A stretch of 64,000 nucleotides of DNA, from the NCBI GenBank assembly GCA_964455425.1, contig CAYVWG010000001.1, positions 3,938-67,937 on the forward strand. Direction: 5' to 3'. The position numbers were made by a program, and so were the translations under genes. The stretch is from an uncultured Oscillospiraceae bacterium. Its GTDB lineage: Bacteria > Bacillota > Clostridia > Oscillospirales > Oscillospiraceae. The notes under the pieces are model-generated. The model had not been told where the DNA came from. It did not search any database and worked only from the letters and a program-made list of their open reading frames with translations. Positions 10,439 to 19,053 of the stretch are shown piece by piece (positions within the stretch are counted from its first letter, which is position 1; each line of letters starts with the position of its first letter).

Positions 10439-11413
10439 ATGCAGTGGTTAGAAGTGACCATCCGTTCTGCCTCCGCAGGTATGGGCCTGCTGGAGGCTAT
10501 GCTGACATACAACGGCTACGACAGCTTTATTGTGGAAGACGGGGAAGAGTTCCAAGACTTTCTAAACACCAACCGGGACTATTGGGACATTGTAGATGAC
10601 GACTTGGCCAACAGCCTAAGCGGCGTTTCCCAAGTGCGGTTATATCTGGAAGAAGGCCCCGGCACCATGGAAGAAGTATGCCGCCTGCGGGAACTGACCG
10701 CTCAGCTCAAGCAGCATTATCCTGCCGCGGATTTAGGCTCTTTGGCCATTTCCCTTACCAGTGTAAAAAATGAAGACTGGGAAAACAACTGGAAGCAGTA
10801 TTACCAGCCCATCCATATTGGCCGCCGGCTGACCGTCATCCCTCAATGGATGTCTCCCTCACTGGCAAGCGGCCGCATCCCTGTGCTGCTGGATCCAGGC
10901 ATGATTTTCGGCACTGGCGCCCACGCCTCCACCCAGATGTGCATGATGGCGCTGGAGGATGCCGTAAAAGGCGGCGAGCAGGTAATCGATCTTGGCAGCG
11001 GCAGCGGCATTCTTTCCATCACCGCTTTGCTCCTGGGCGCCGCCCATGCCATCGGCGTAGACGTAGATCCCAAGGCAGAGGATATTGCCCGGGAAAACGC
11101 AGGGGTCAACGGTATTGGCCCCGACCGCTTCACGGCGGTTACCGGCAACATCGTGACCCAGCAGGATAAGCTGTCTCAGCTGTTTTGCCGGACCTATGAT
11201 ATTGTGTGCCTGAATATTTTTGCCGATGTGATCATCCCCATGGCGCCGGTGCTGCCTAAGCTCATGGGCAAGCACTCTCTGGTAATCTGTTCCGGCGTGC
11301 TGGAGCCGCGGGCAGACGAGGTTCAGCAGGCTCTTACCGCCGCGGGACTTGTCTGCACCGGCAAGCAAAGCGCAGAGGATTGGTGCTGCTTTACCGCCAA
11401 GCTGGCAGGCTAA
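10439..11413 (+). CDS. prmA: Ribosomal protein L11 methyltransferase
   Basis: PrmA N-terminal domain plus SAM-binding motif VIDLGSGSGILSI; GGAGG RBS. Confidence 0.93.
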   Translation: MQWLEVTIRSASAGMGLLEAMLTYNGYDSFIVEDGEEFQDFLNTNRDYWDIVDDDLANSLSGVSQVRLYLEEGPGTMEEVCRLRELTAQLKQHYPAADLGSLAISLTSVKNEDWENNWKQYYQPIHIGRRLTVIPQWMSPSLASGRIPVLLDPGMIFGTGAHASTQMCMMALEDAVKGGEQVIDLGSGSGILSITALLLGAAHAIGVDVDPKAEDIARENAGVNGIGPDRFTAVTGNIVTQQDKLSQLFCRTYDIVCLNIFADVIIPMAPVLPKLMGKHSLVICSGVLEPRADEVQQALTAAGLVCTGKQSAEDWCCFTAKLAG

Positions 11414-11429
11414 GGGGAGGGAGTTTTTC

Positions 11430-12431
11430 TTGTTTTCCATATCCTATCGCACCAAACAACGGCTGAAATCCGGGCTGAAAGCGGCGCTGGTGTGCCTGGC
11501 CGTGGTGGTGGCGTTTATTATTGTGGGATTGATTTTCCTGCAGCGCTATGTGGTATATACCCCCAACGGCACCTATTTGGACTTCCACCACACCATGCCC
11601 CAAAGCGCACAAGAAACGACCCAACCGGCTACCGCCGTATCGGAGATAAATATCCAGTACGCCTCCGCCGACAACAGCTATGGCCCGGACGCCATCGCCG
11701 GTTATTACATTGATCTATCCATGCTGCAGGATCCCTCCGCTGTGCAAAAGGCGGTAGAGGAGCTATCGCCCTGCACAATCGTGCTGGATCTTAAAAGCGC
11801 CAGCGGTAAGTTTTATTACTCCACCGACATTGATGGCGCCCAAACCGCCAGCGTGGATATCACCCAGGTGGACGATTTGATTTCCTATCTTAAATCCCAG
11901 GGCTTCACGCTGACTGCCCGTATAGACGCTTTCCGCGATAACGCCTTTGTCAAGGCAACGCCGGAGGCCGCTCTTACCGCCTCCGACGGCGGACGCTGGT
12001 CTGACGGCGAGTACAATTATCTCGATCCTCAAGCGGAAGAAACCATGGCCTACTGGGTGCAGATCGTCAAGGAATTGTCGGAAAAAGGGTTTAAGGAGGT
12101 AATCTTTGCCGACTTTTCCCTGCCCGACAGCAAACAGATCGCCTATCCTGAGGGGCTTACTCGGCAGGAGTTGACCCAAACGGCGGCCCAGGAACTGATT
12201 CGCTTTTTCTCCAGCAGCAACGTCACCATTTCCTTTGGCGACCCGGACGCCGGCTTTACCTTAGATAATCACAACTCCCGGGTGTATTTCACCGGTATTG
12301 ACGGCACTACGGTAAGCGCCACAGTTTCCGCCTATTCCGCGTTGGATACCGACCAGATGGTTTTTCTGACCAATTCCCGGGACACGCGTTTTTCTGGCTA
12401 TCGTCTGCTGCGGCCCTTGCTCTCGTCCTAG
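11430..12431 (+). CDS. Membrane-anchored protein with putative glycoside-hydrolase-like (DUF4015/PF13200-like) domain
   Basis: TTG start at 11430 follows GGGGAGGGAG; the ORF-track extension to 11349 overlaps the prmA end. One N-terminal TM helix. The pattern VLDLKSASGKFYY...ARIDAFRDN...YLDP...GFKEVIFADFSLP resembles that family (recollection, moderate). Confidence 0.6.
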   Translation: MFSISYRTKQRLKSGLKAALVCLAVVVAFIIVGLIFLQRYVVYTPNGTYLDFHHTMPQSAQETTQPATAVSEINIQYASADNSYGPDAIAGYYIDLSMLQDPSAVQKAVEELSPCTIVLDLKSASGKFYYSTDIDGAQTASVDITQVDDLISYLKSQGFTLTARIDAFRDNAFVKATPEAALTASDGGRWSDGEYNYLDPQAEETMAYWVQIVKELSEKGFKEVIFADFSLPDSKQIAYPEGLTRQELTQTAAQELIRFFSSSNVTISFGDPDAGFTLDNHNSRVYFTGIDGTTVSATVSAYSALDTDQMVFLTNSRDTRFSGYRLLRPLLSS

Positions 12432-13159
12432 TGACAGAAAGGAATCGAATGCTTATCTCCCCAAATTCATCCCCCAAAACCAAGCGTCCGTTTTTGCTTC
12501 GGCCGGAGAACCGCTACCTGTGGTATACGCTTATCCTGCCTGGCTATCTCTTGGTATTTTTTGTAGAAGAACAGCTTTTATCCCCCGATATGGTGGTTTG
12601 GCACACGGCCTTGCCTATGGATTATCGCATCCCCTTTTGCAAATATTTCGTCTGGGCGTATGTGTCCTGGTATTTCCTGCTGGTGATCACCGGGCTTTAT
12701 CTTATGGCGAAAGACCATGAGGGCTATAAGCGCTATATGGCCTATATTGGCATCACCTTTTTTACCGGCGTGATTTTTTGCGCCCTGGTTCCCAACCAGC
12801 AGGATCTGCGAGTACTGTGCGATCTTTCCGGCAACGATATCTGCACCAAAATTCTATTGCTCATTCAGCGGCTGGATAACGATATGAACGTCTGCCCCAG
12901 CCTTCACGTGGTAGGCGGCTTTGGCGCGCTGTTTGCCATATTCACCTCTCCCGCTGTTCGCCGGCGCTGGCCCAAAATCGCCATCAGTTTGATGGTTGTG
13001 CTGATTTCTCTGGCTACTTTGCTGATCAAGCAGCATGCCATCATAGATGTGCTTGTTTCGATCCCCTACAGTGTGGCTTTTTATTTTGTGGTGTACCGGG
13101 TAATTTTCCGGACAAAAAAATCCCCCACCGTTAGCTCTGCTACACAGCAAGACATATAG
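12431..13159 (+). CDS. PAP2_C-type (sphingomyelin/IPC-synthase-like) membrane phosphatase-family protein
   Basis: Polytopic membrane protein with PAP2 C2/C3-like motifs PSLHV and KQHAIIDV. Start is either the GTG at 12431 (1-nt overlap with the upstream stop) or the ATG at 12449. Confidence 0.7.
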   Translation: MTERNRMLISPNSSPKTKRPFLLRPENRYLWYTLILPGYLLVFFVEEQLLSPDMVVWHTALPMDYRIPFCKYFVWAYVSWYFLLVITGLYLMAKDHEGYKRYMAYIGITFFTGVIFCALVPNQQDLRVLCDLSGNDICTKILLLIQRLDNDMNVCPSLHVVGGFGALFAIFTSPAVRRRWPKIAISLMVVLISLATLLIKQHAIIDVLVSIPYSVAFYFVVYRVIFRTKKSPTVSSATQQDI

Positions 13160-13180
13160 ATATGCAAGGAGTATAAAGTA

Positions 13181-14362
13181 ATGAACATTCAACTAAACGA
13201 GTACTATTGTAAGCTTACCGGCCGGTATTTGTTTTCAGAAACCAACCGCCGTGCCCGAGAGTATGCCGCCGCCCATCCCGATCAGCAACTGATCCGCATG
13301 GGCATCGGTGATGTTACCCTTCCCCTGCCCCAGGTGGCCATCGATGCCATGCACGCCGCCGTGGATGAGCAGGCCAGCGCCAAAACCTTCCGGGGCTATC
13401 CGCCGGAATATGGTTACGATTTCCTCCGTCAGGCCATCGCCGACTATTACACCCGTTTCGGTGTACGCCTGTCTTTGGATGAGATTTTTGTCAGCGATGG
13501 GGCCAAATCGGATGTGGGCAACCTGCCGGATATCCTGGGTGCCAATGAGGTGCTCATCCCCGACCCGGTGTATCCAGTGTATTTTGACAGCAATTTCATG
13601 GCCGGCCGTCATATCTCCCTGCTGCCCAGCACCCGGGAAAACGGCTTTCTGCCCACCCCTGAGGGGCTGAAAAAGGAACCCCAAATCATTTATCTTTGCT
13701 CGCCCAACAACCCCACCGGCGCGGTTTATGACCGTGAAGGGCTGAAGGCTTGGGTGGATTTTGCCCTGGAAAGCGGCTCTCTCATCGTTTTTGATGCCGC
13801 CTATGAGGCGTTTATTCGCGGCGATCTGCCCCACTCCATCTATGAGATTCCCGGCGCCAAGCAGTGCGCGGTAGAGGTTTGCAGCTTCTCCAAGATGGCC
13901 GGCTTTACCGGCGTGCGCTGCGCTTGGGCGGTGTATCCCACAGACCTTGTCTCGGAAGGGACTTCCGTTGGCCAGCTTTGGGCGCGCCGCCAGGCCACCA
14001 AGTTTAATGGGGTCCCCTACATCGTCCAGAGGGCCGCACAGGCTGTGCTGACCGATAAGGGCATTGCCCAGTGCCGGGAAAATCTCAATTACTACAAAGG
14101 CAACGCCGATCTTATGGCTCAGCTGCTCTCCGACAAGGGCATCTATTTCACCGGCGGCGTCCATTCTCCCTACCTGTGGCTCCAGTGCCCCAACGGCATG
14201 GGTTCTTGGGAATTCTTTGATTACCTGCTCAACAAGGTTCAGGTGCTTGGCACCCCCGGCGAGGGCTTTGGCGCCTGCGGCGCCGGATACTTCCGCCTTA
14301 CCGCCTTTGGTACCCGCGAGGATACCGAAAAAGCGGTTTGCCTGCTGCGGGAGCTGCTGTAA
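13181..14362 (+). CDS. dapL: LL-diaminopimelate aminotransferase
   Basis: The N-terminus (NEYY.KL...YLF.E...R...) plus GIGDVTLPL, NPTG and SFSK(PLP-Lys)MAGFTGVR match DapL-type class I aminotransferases. Confidence 0.88.
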   Translation: MNIQLNEYYCKLTGRYLFSETNRRAREYAAAHPDQQLIRMGIGDVTLPLPQVAIDAMHAAVDEQASAKTFRGYPPEYGYDFLRQAIADYYTRFGVRLSLDEIFVSDGAKSDVGNLPDILGANEVLIPDPVYPVYFDSNFMAGRHISLLPSTRENGFLPTPEGLKKEPQIIYLCSPNNPTGAVYDREGLKAWVDFALESGSLIVFDAAYEAFIRGDLPHSIYEIPGAKQCAVEVCSFSKMAGFTGVRCAWAVYPTDLVSEGTSVGQLWARRQATKFNGVPYIVQRAAQAVLTDKGIAQCRENLNYYKGNADLMAQLLSDKGIYFTGGVHSPYLWLQCPNGMGSWEFFDYLLNKVQVLGTPGEGFGACGAGYFRLTAFGTREDTEKAVCLLRELL

Positions 14363-14383
14363 ATTTTTTCTTCCGTTCGCTAA

Positions 14384-14420
14384 GCTGCCGACAAGCCTTG
14401 GCTTGCCGGCAGGCTTTTTT
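14384..14420 (+). terminator. Intrinsic terminator after dapL
   Basis: Stem gctgccgacaagcc / gcttgccggcaggc followed by T6. Confidence 0.75.
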
Positions 14421-14477
14421 GGCATTGTGTGCAAAAACGAGCCGTTATTTTTGTAAGAAATAGACATTGAATTTTCA

Positions 14478-14506
14478 TTGAAAAATTTCCGTAAATACGG
14501 TATAAT
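14478..14506 (+). promoter_or_regulatory. Near-consensus sigma-A promoter for ssnA-ygfK
   Basis: TTGAAA, a 17-nt spacer, TATAAT. Confidence 0.7.
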
Positions 14507-14512
14507 ATCGGT

Positions 14513-14652
14513 GGAATAATCTAAGCTGATAGCTGTAAGGAAGTGCTTTGCGCACGGGCTTTCGACTATCACTCAGGGTACTGGGTGGAGATGACGGCGC
14601 TTTGGCGCGGTTCTCCCCCTTTTTCTTTTCATCAATAAGGAGGTCACAAACC
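14513..14652 (+). promoter_or_regulatory. Structured 5-prime leader with terminator-like hairpin: candidate riboswitch or attenuator, class not recognised
   Basis: P1-like pairing UGAUAG/CUAUCA encloses a small hairpin. A second hairpin follows (ACUCAG-GGUA-CUGGGU). Then GGAGA...GCGC-UUUG-GCGC...UCUCC followed by CCCUUUUUCUUUUC, ending 8 nt before the AAGGAGG RBS. Confidence 0.4.
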
Positions 14653-15993
14653 ATGTACATTCTTGCAAATGGCAAACTCATCACCCGCGATCCTTCCTGC
14701 GGTTATTTGCCCGATGGCGGCGTGGTGATCGATGGCACAAAAATCAAAGAGGTAGGCAAAACCGCCGATTTGAAAGCCAAGTATCCCCAGGCAGAGTTTA
14801 TCGATGCCAAGGGCGGCGTGATCATGCCCGCGCTGATCAACGCCCACACCCACATCTATTCCGCCTTAGCTCGTGGCCTTTCCATCAAGGGCTACAACGC
14901 CACCACCTTTTATGAGGTGCTCGATGGCCAGTGGTGGAATATTGACCGCAAGCTGTATATGAACGGTACCCGCGCTTCGGCCAATGCCTTGTACATCGAC
15001 TGCATCAAGCAGGGCGTAACCACGATTTTTGACCATCATGCCTCTTATGGCGAGATTCCCGGTACCTTGCACACCATTGCCGAATCCGCCAAAAAATTCG
15101 GCATACGTTCCTGCCTGTGCTATGAAGTTTCCGACCGGGATGGAGAGGAAAAAGCTCTGCAGGCCATTCAGGAAAACGCCGATTTCATTACCGAGTGCGC
15201 CCAGCGGAAGGATCCCATGCTGGCGGCTATGTTCGGTGGCCATGCCCTGTTTACCCTGTCGGACAAAACCTTTGACCGGATGGTAGAGGCCAACAATGGC
15301 CGTACAGGTTTCCACATCCATGTGTCTGAGGGCATGAACGATGTGTACGATTCCCTGCAAAATTACGGCCGCCGCCCTGTGCAGCGGCTGCAGGATCACG
15401 GTATCCTTGGCCCCAAAACGCTCCTTGGCCACTGTATCCATGTGAACACCGCCGAAATTGAGATCATCAAAGAAACCGGCACCATGGTCGTCAACAATCC
15501 CGAGTCCAACATGGGCAACGCCGTGGGCACCTGCCCGGTGCTGATCCTGTATAAAAACGGCATCCTCCTTGGCATGGGTACAGACGCCTATACCAACGAC
15601 ATGCTGGAGTCCATCAAGGTAGCGCTCATTGCCCAAAAGCAAAACGCCTGCCTGCCCAACGTAGGCTGGCGTGAGGTCACCGACATGCTCTTTAAGAACA
15701 ACGCTAAAATCTGCGCAAAGTATTTCCCCGACGAGCTGGGCGTACTCAAAGCCGGCGCGGCGGCAGACGTGATCGTTATGGATTACAAGCCCTTCACCCC
15801 CTTCTCCGACGCCAACATCGATGGCCACATGATCTTTGGTATGACCGGCCGCCAGTGCCAAACCACCATCGCCAACGGCAAGGTACTGATGAAGGATCGG
15901 GAGCTCGTGGGTATCGATGAGGAAGCAGAAAACGCCTATATCCTGGAAGAAGCCAAAAAGCTTTGGGGCGATCTCAACGGTTGCCAATACTAA
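14653..15993 (+). CDS. ssnA: Putative aminohydrolase SsnA (amidohydrolase / chlorohydrolase family)
   Basis: Colinear similarity to E. coli SsnA as I recall it (INAHTHIY metal-binding HxH, DHHAS, HIHVSEG, GTDA). Start at the ATG at 14653 after AAGGAGG; the ORF-track start at 14548 lies in the leader. Confidence 0.85.
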   Translation: MYILANGKLITRDPSCGYLPDGGVVIDGTKIKEVGKTADLKAKYPQAEFIDAKGGVIMPALINAHTHIYSALARGLSIKGYNATTFYEVLDGQWWNIDRKLYMNGTRASANALYIDCIKQGVTTIFDHHASYGEIPGTLHTIAESAKKFGIRSCLCYEVSDRDGEEKALQAIQENADFITECAQRKDPMLAAMFGGHALFTLSDKTFDRMVEANNGRTGFHIHVSEGMNDVYDSLQNYGRRPVQRLQDHGILGPKTLLGHCIHVNTAEIEIIKETGTMVVNNPESNMGNAVGTCPVLILYKNGILLGMGTDAYTNDMLESIKVALIAQKQNACLPNVGWREVTDMLFKNNAKICAKYFPDELGVLKAGAAADVIVMDYKPFTPFSDANIDGHMIFGMTGRQCQTTIANGKVLMKDRELVGIDEEAENAYILEEAKKLWGDLNGCQY

Positions 15994-16017
15994 ACAGAAA
16001 GACACGGAGGTAAAGCT

Positions 16018-18975
16018 ATGTCCGAAAGAATGTATCCCATCCCCTTTAAGTCCCTGATGAACTGGGTGCTCACCGAGTATGCCCAGGAAGGGACTGTCTT
16101 TGGTATCCACAAGTTCTATAAGGCCGATCCCAACAAGACCCTGCCCATCTTTGGGGAGAAAATCGAGACGCCATTTGGCCCCGCCGCCGGCCCCAACAGC
16201 CAGCTGGCGCAAAACATCATTGCCTCCTATTTTGCCGGCGCCCGTTTCTTTGAGGTGAAAACCGTGCAGAAAATGGACGGCCATGATCTGGCCGTATGTG
16301 TCCCCCGCCCCTGTATTCTGGCCGACGATGAGGCTTACAACCAGGAGTGGTCTACCGAGCTGACCGTTCCCCAGGCCCTCAACGAATACATTAAGGCCTG
16401 GTGCGCCCTGAAGGTTTTGTCCAAAAAATTTGGTCTTGGCGGATCCGATGGCTTCGTGTTCAATATGTCTGTTGGCTATGACCTGGAGGGCATCCGCGGG
16501 GAAAAGGTCGACAACTACATAGAAAGCATGAAGGACGCCTCTTCCACTCCCCAGTTTAAGGAATGTCTTTCCGTGCTGACGGAGCTTTTCCCTGAGGAAA
16601 AGGATTTCATTGCCTCCATTTCTCCCAGGGTATCCCACAGCATCACTTTGTCTACACTTCACGGATGTCCTCCCGATGAAATCGAGCGGATCGCCTCTTA
16701 TCTCATCACCGAAAAGAAAGTCAACACCTTTGTCAAGTGTAACCCCACCATCTTGGGTTATGAATCTGCCCGGGGCATTCTGGACTCCATGGGCTACGAC
16801 TACATCGTCTTTGATGAGCACCACTTTGTGGAAGATCTGCAGTGGGCCGATGCTGTGCCCATGCTGGAGCGGCTCCAGGCCCTGGCCGACAGCAACGGCG
16901 TAGAGTTCGGCGTAAAGCTGTCCAATACCTTCCCGGTAGACACCACCCGCGGCGAGCTGCCGAACAACGAAATGTATATGTCCGGCCGTTCCCTCTATCC
17001 CCTGACCATCGAAATGTGCAACCGTATCTCCCGGCAGTTTAACGGCAAACTGAAGATCTCCTTTGCCGGCGGCGCGGAGTACTTCAACTGTGAAAAGCTT
17101 CTCTCCGCAGGGATCTGGCCCATCACCGTGGCCACCACCATCCTTAAGCCCGGCGGCTACAACCGTCTTGCTCAGATGTGTGAGAAGATAGAGTCGATCC
17201 CCTTTGGCCCCTTCACCGGCACCGACAGCGACGCCATTGCCCAGCTCAGCCAAGCCTGCCGCACCGATTACCATCATGTAAAGCCCATCAAGCCACTGCC
17301 CTCCCGCAAATCCGCCGATCCTGTGCCCTGGCTGGATTGCTTCACCGCGCCCTGTAAGGGAGGCTGCCCCATCTGTCAAGATATTCCGGAGTACATCGAG
17401 CTTTGCAAGAAGGGGCTGTATAACGAGGCCTTACAGGTCATCACGGAGAAAAACGCCCTTCCCTTCATCACCGGCACCATCTGCGCCCACCGCTGCATGG
17501 GCAAATGCTCCCGGAATTTCTACGACGAGCCGGTGCAGATTCGCGCCACCAAGCTTTTGGCCGCTGAAAAGGGCATTGACGCGCTGATGGCCTCCATCCG
17601 GAAACCCGCCCCTGTGGCCGGCAAAAAAGCCGCCATCATCGGCGGTGGACCTACCGGTATGTCCGCTGCCTACTTCCTGTGCCGGGCAGGTATCGCCTGC
17701 ACCATCTTTGAGCGGGAAGCTACCTTAGGCGGTATCGTCCGCCATGTGATTCCCGGCTTCCGGATCTCTGATGAAGCCATCGATAAGGATGTGGCTCTGA
17801 TTTCCGCCTATGGCGTGGAGATTCGCACCAACACCGAGGCACCCTCTGTAGCCGAGCTGAAAGCCCAGGGCTATACCCACATTCTCTATGCTGTAGGCGC
17901 TTGGAAGGCTGGCCGCCTGAATTTAGAGGGCAATGTAAAGCCGGTCATTCAGTGGATGAAGGATCGCAAATCCGGCGTCGACACCGCGCCTTTGGGTCAT
18001 GTGGCGATAATTGGCGGCGGCAACACGGCCATGGACGCGGCCAGATTGGCCAAACGCAGCGGCGCGAAATCCTCTACCTTGGTCTATCGCCGTACAAAGA
18101 AGTACATGCCTGCCGACGCCGAAGAGCTGGAGCTGGCCATTGCCGATGGCGTCAACTTCCTGGAACTGGTTTCCCCGGTAAAGCAGGCCGACGGCAAACT
18201 GATCTGTGAAAAAATGAAGCTGGGCGAGCCTGACGCTTCCGGCAGACGTTCTCCTGTGGGAACCGGTGCATTTGTAGAAATCGATTGCGACCTGGTCATT
18301 TCCGCCGTAGGCGAGCAGGTAGACGATGCGCTGTTTGCCGCCAATGGTATTGCCCTAAATGAAAAGAAGCGCCCCGCCTTCCAAACCAACATTGAAGGCG
18401 TTTACGCCGCAGGCGATGCCACCCGCGGCCCGGCCACCGTGGTGGAAGGCATTGCCGACGCCGCCAAATTCGCGCAAATTGTAATCGGCCAAGAGCACGC
18501 CTACACCATTACCGACGCGGCCTATCCTACTCAAGCGGAAGCTGTCGAGAAAAAGGGCATTTTGCAGATGTCCGCCAGCGCCGGCTGCGAGGGCGACCGC
18601 TGCCTAGACTGCAATACTGTCTGCGAAAACTGCGTGGATGTGTGCCCAAACCGCGCCAATGTGGCCATCCACATGGCAGACGGCAGCATCCAGATCATCC
18701 ATGTGGATAAAATGTGCAACGAGTGCGGCAACTGCACCAGCTTCTGTCCCTATGCTTCTCAGCCCTGCAAGGATAAGCTCACCCTCTTCCAGACGGAGGA
18801 AGATTTCCTGGATTCCCAGAACTATGGCTTCCTTTTCCTGGATGGCCAGCATATCCGCGCCCGTCTGTTTACCGGCATTGCCGATTATGATTTGTCTGCC
18901 GACAACACGCTGCCCAAGGGCATTGAGACGCTCATTCTTACGGTGAAAGACCGCTACAGCTATCTGTTTGCCTAA
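16018..18975 (+). CDS. ygfK: YgfK-type putative selenate reductase subunit / multi-domain Fe-S flavoprotein oxidoreductase
   Basis: Strong colinear resemblance to E. coli YgfK (PIPF...FGPAAGP..QLAQNI, FNMSVGY.LEGI, TLSTMHGCPP, two dinucleotide folds GGGPTGMSAAYF and IIGGGNTAMDAA, C-terminal 2x[4Fe-4S] CLDCNTVCENCVDVCPNRA / CNECGNCTSFCP). Confidence 0.88.
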   Translation: MSERMYPIPFKSLMNWVLTEYAQEGTVFGIHKFYKADPNKTLPIFGEKIETPFGPAAGPNSQLAQNIIASYFAGARFFEVKTVQKMDGHDLAVCVPRPCILADDEAYNQEWSTELTVPQALNEYIKAWCALKVLSKKFGLGGSDGFVFNMSVGYDLEGIRGEKVDNYIESMKDASSTPQFKECLSVLTELFPEEKDFIASISPRVSHSITLSTLHGCPPDEIERIASYLITEKKVNTFVKCNPTILGYESARGILDSMGYDYIVFDEHHFVEDLQWADAVPMLERLQALADSNGVEFGVKLSNTFPVDTTRGELPNNEMYMSGRSLYPLTIEMCNRISRQFNGKLKISFAGGAEYFNCEKLLSAGIWPITVATTILKPGGYNRLAQMCEKIESIPFGPFTGTDSDAIAQLSQACRTDYHHVKPIKPLPSRKSADPVPWLDCFTAPCKGGCPICQDIPEYIELCKKGLYNEALQVITEKNALPFITGTICAHRCMGKCSRNFYDEPVQIRATKLLAAEKGIDALMASIRKPAPVAGKKAAIIGGGPTGMSAAYFLCRAGIACTIFEREATLGGIVRHVIPGFRISDEAIDKDVALISAYGVEIRTNTEAPSVAELKAQGYTHILYAVGAWKAGRLNLEGNVKPVIQWMKDRKSGVDTAPLGHVAIIGGGNTAMDAARLAKRSGAKSSTLVYRRTKKYMPADAEELELAIADGVNFLELVSPVKQADGKLICEKMKLGEPDASGRRSPVGTGAFVEIDCDLVISAVGEQVDDALFAANGIALNEKKRPAFQTNIEGVYAAGDATRGPATVVEGIADAAKFAQIVIGQEHAYTITDAAYPTQAEAVEKKGILQMSASAGCEGDRCLDCNTVCENCVDVCPNRANVAIHMADGSIQIIHVDKMCNECGNCTSFCPYASQPCKDKLTLFQTEEDFLDSQNYGFLFLDGQHIRARLFTGIADYDLSADNTLPKGIETLILTVKDRYSYLFA

Positions 18976-18980
18976 TTTTT

Positions 18981-19014
18981 CCCCCAAACCTCCGGCTTGG
19001 CCGGGGGTTTGGGG
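18981..19014 (+). terminator. GC-rich hairpin after ygfK; possible terminator without a clear U-tract
   Basis: ccccaaacc.ccgg / ccgg.ggtttgggg. The T5 lies upstream rather than downstream. Confidence 0.4.
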
Positions 19015-19053
19015 CATACAATAAAGGCAAGCTGTAGATAATGTAGAGACGAG

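Noticed and set aside
14866-17379. 837-aa minus-strand ORF spanning the ssnA-ygfK region
   Set aside because: It is antisense to two genes with strong, colinear family signatures. The product is Gly/Ala/Val/His-rich and low in complexity, as expected of antisense frames in high-GC DNA, and has no RBS. The same reasoning applies to 4697-5758(+), 7796-8761(+), 8632-9627(+), 13235-14572(-), 24349-25239(+), 30043-30795(-), 40401-41306(+), 51361-52743(+), 53012-53842(-), 54987-55988(-) and 58829-59728(-).
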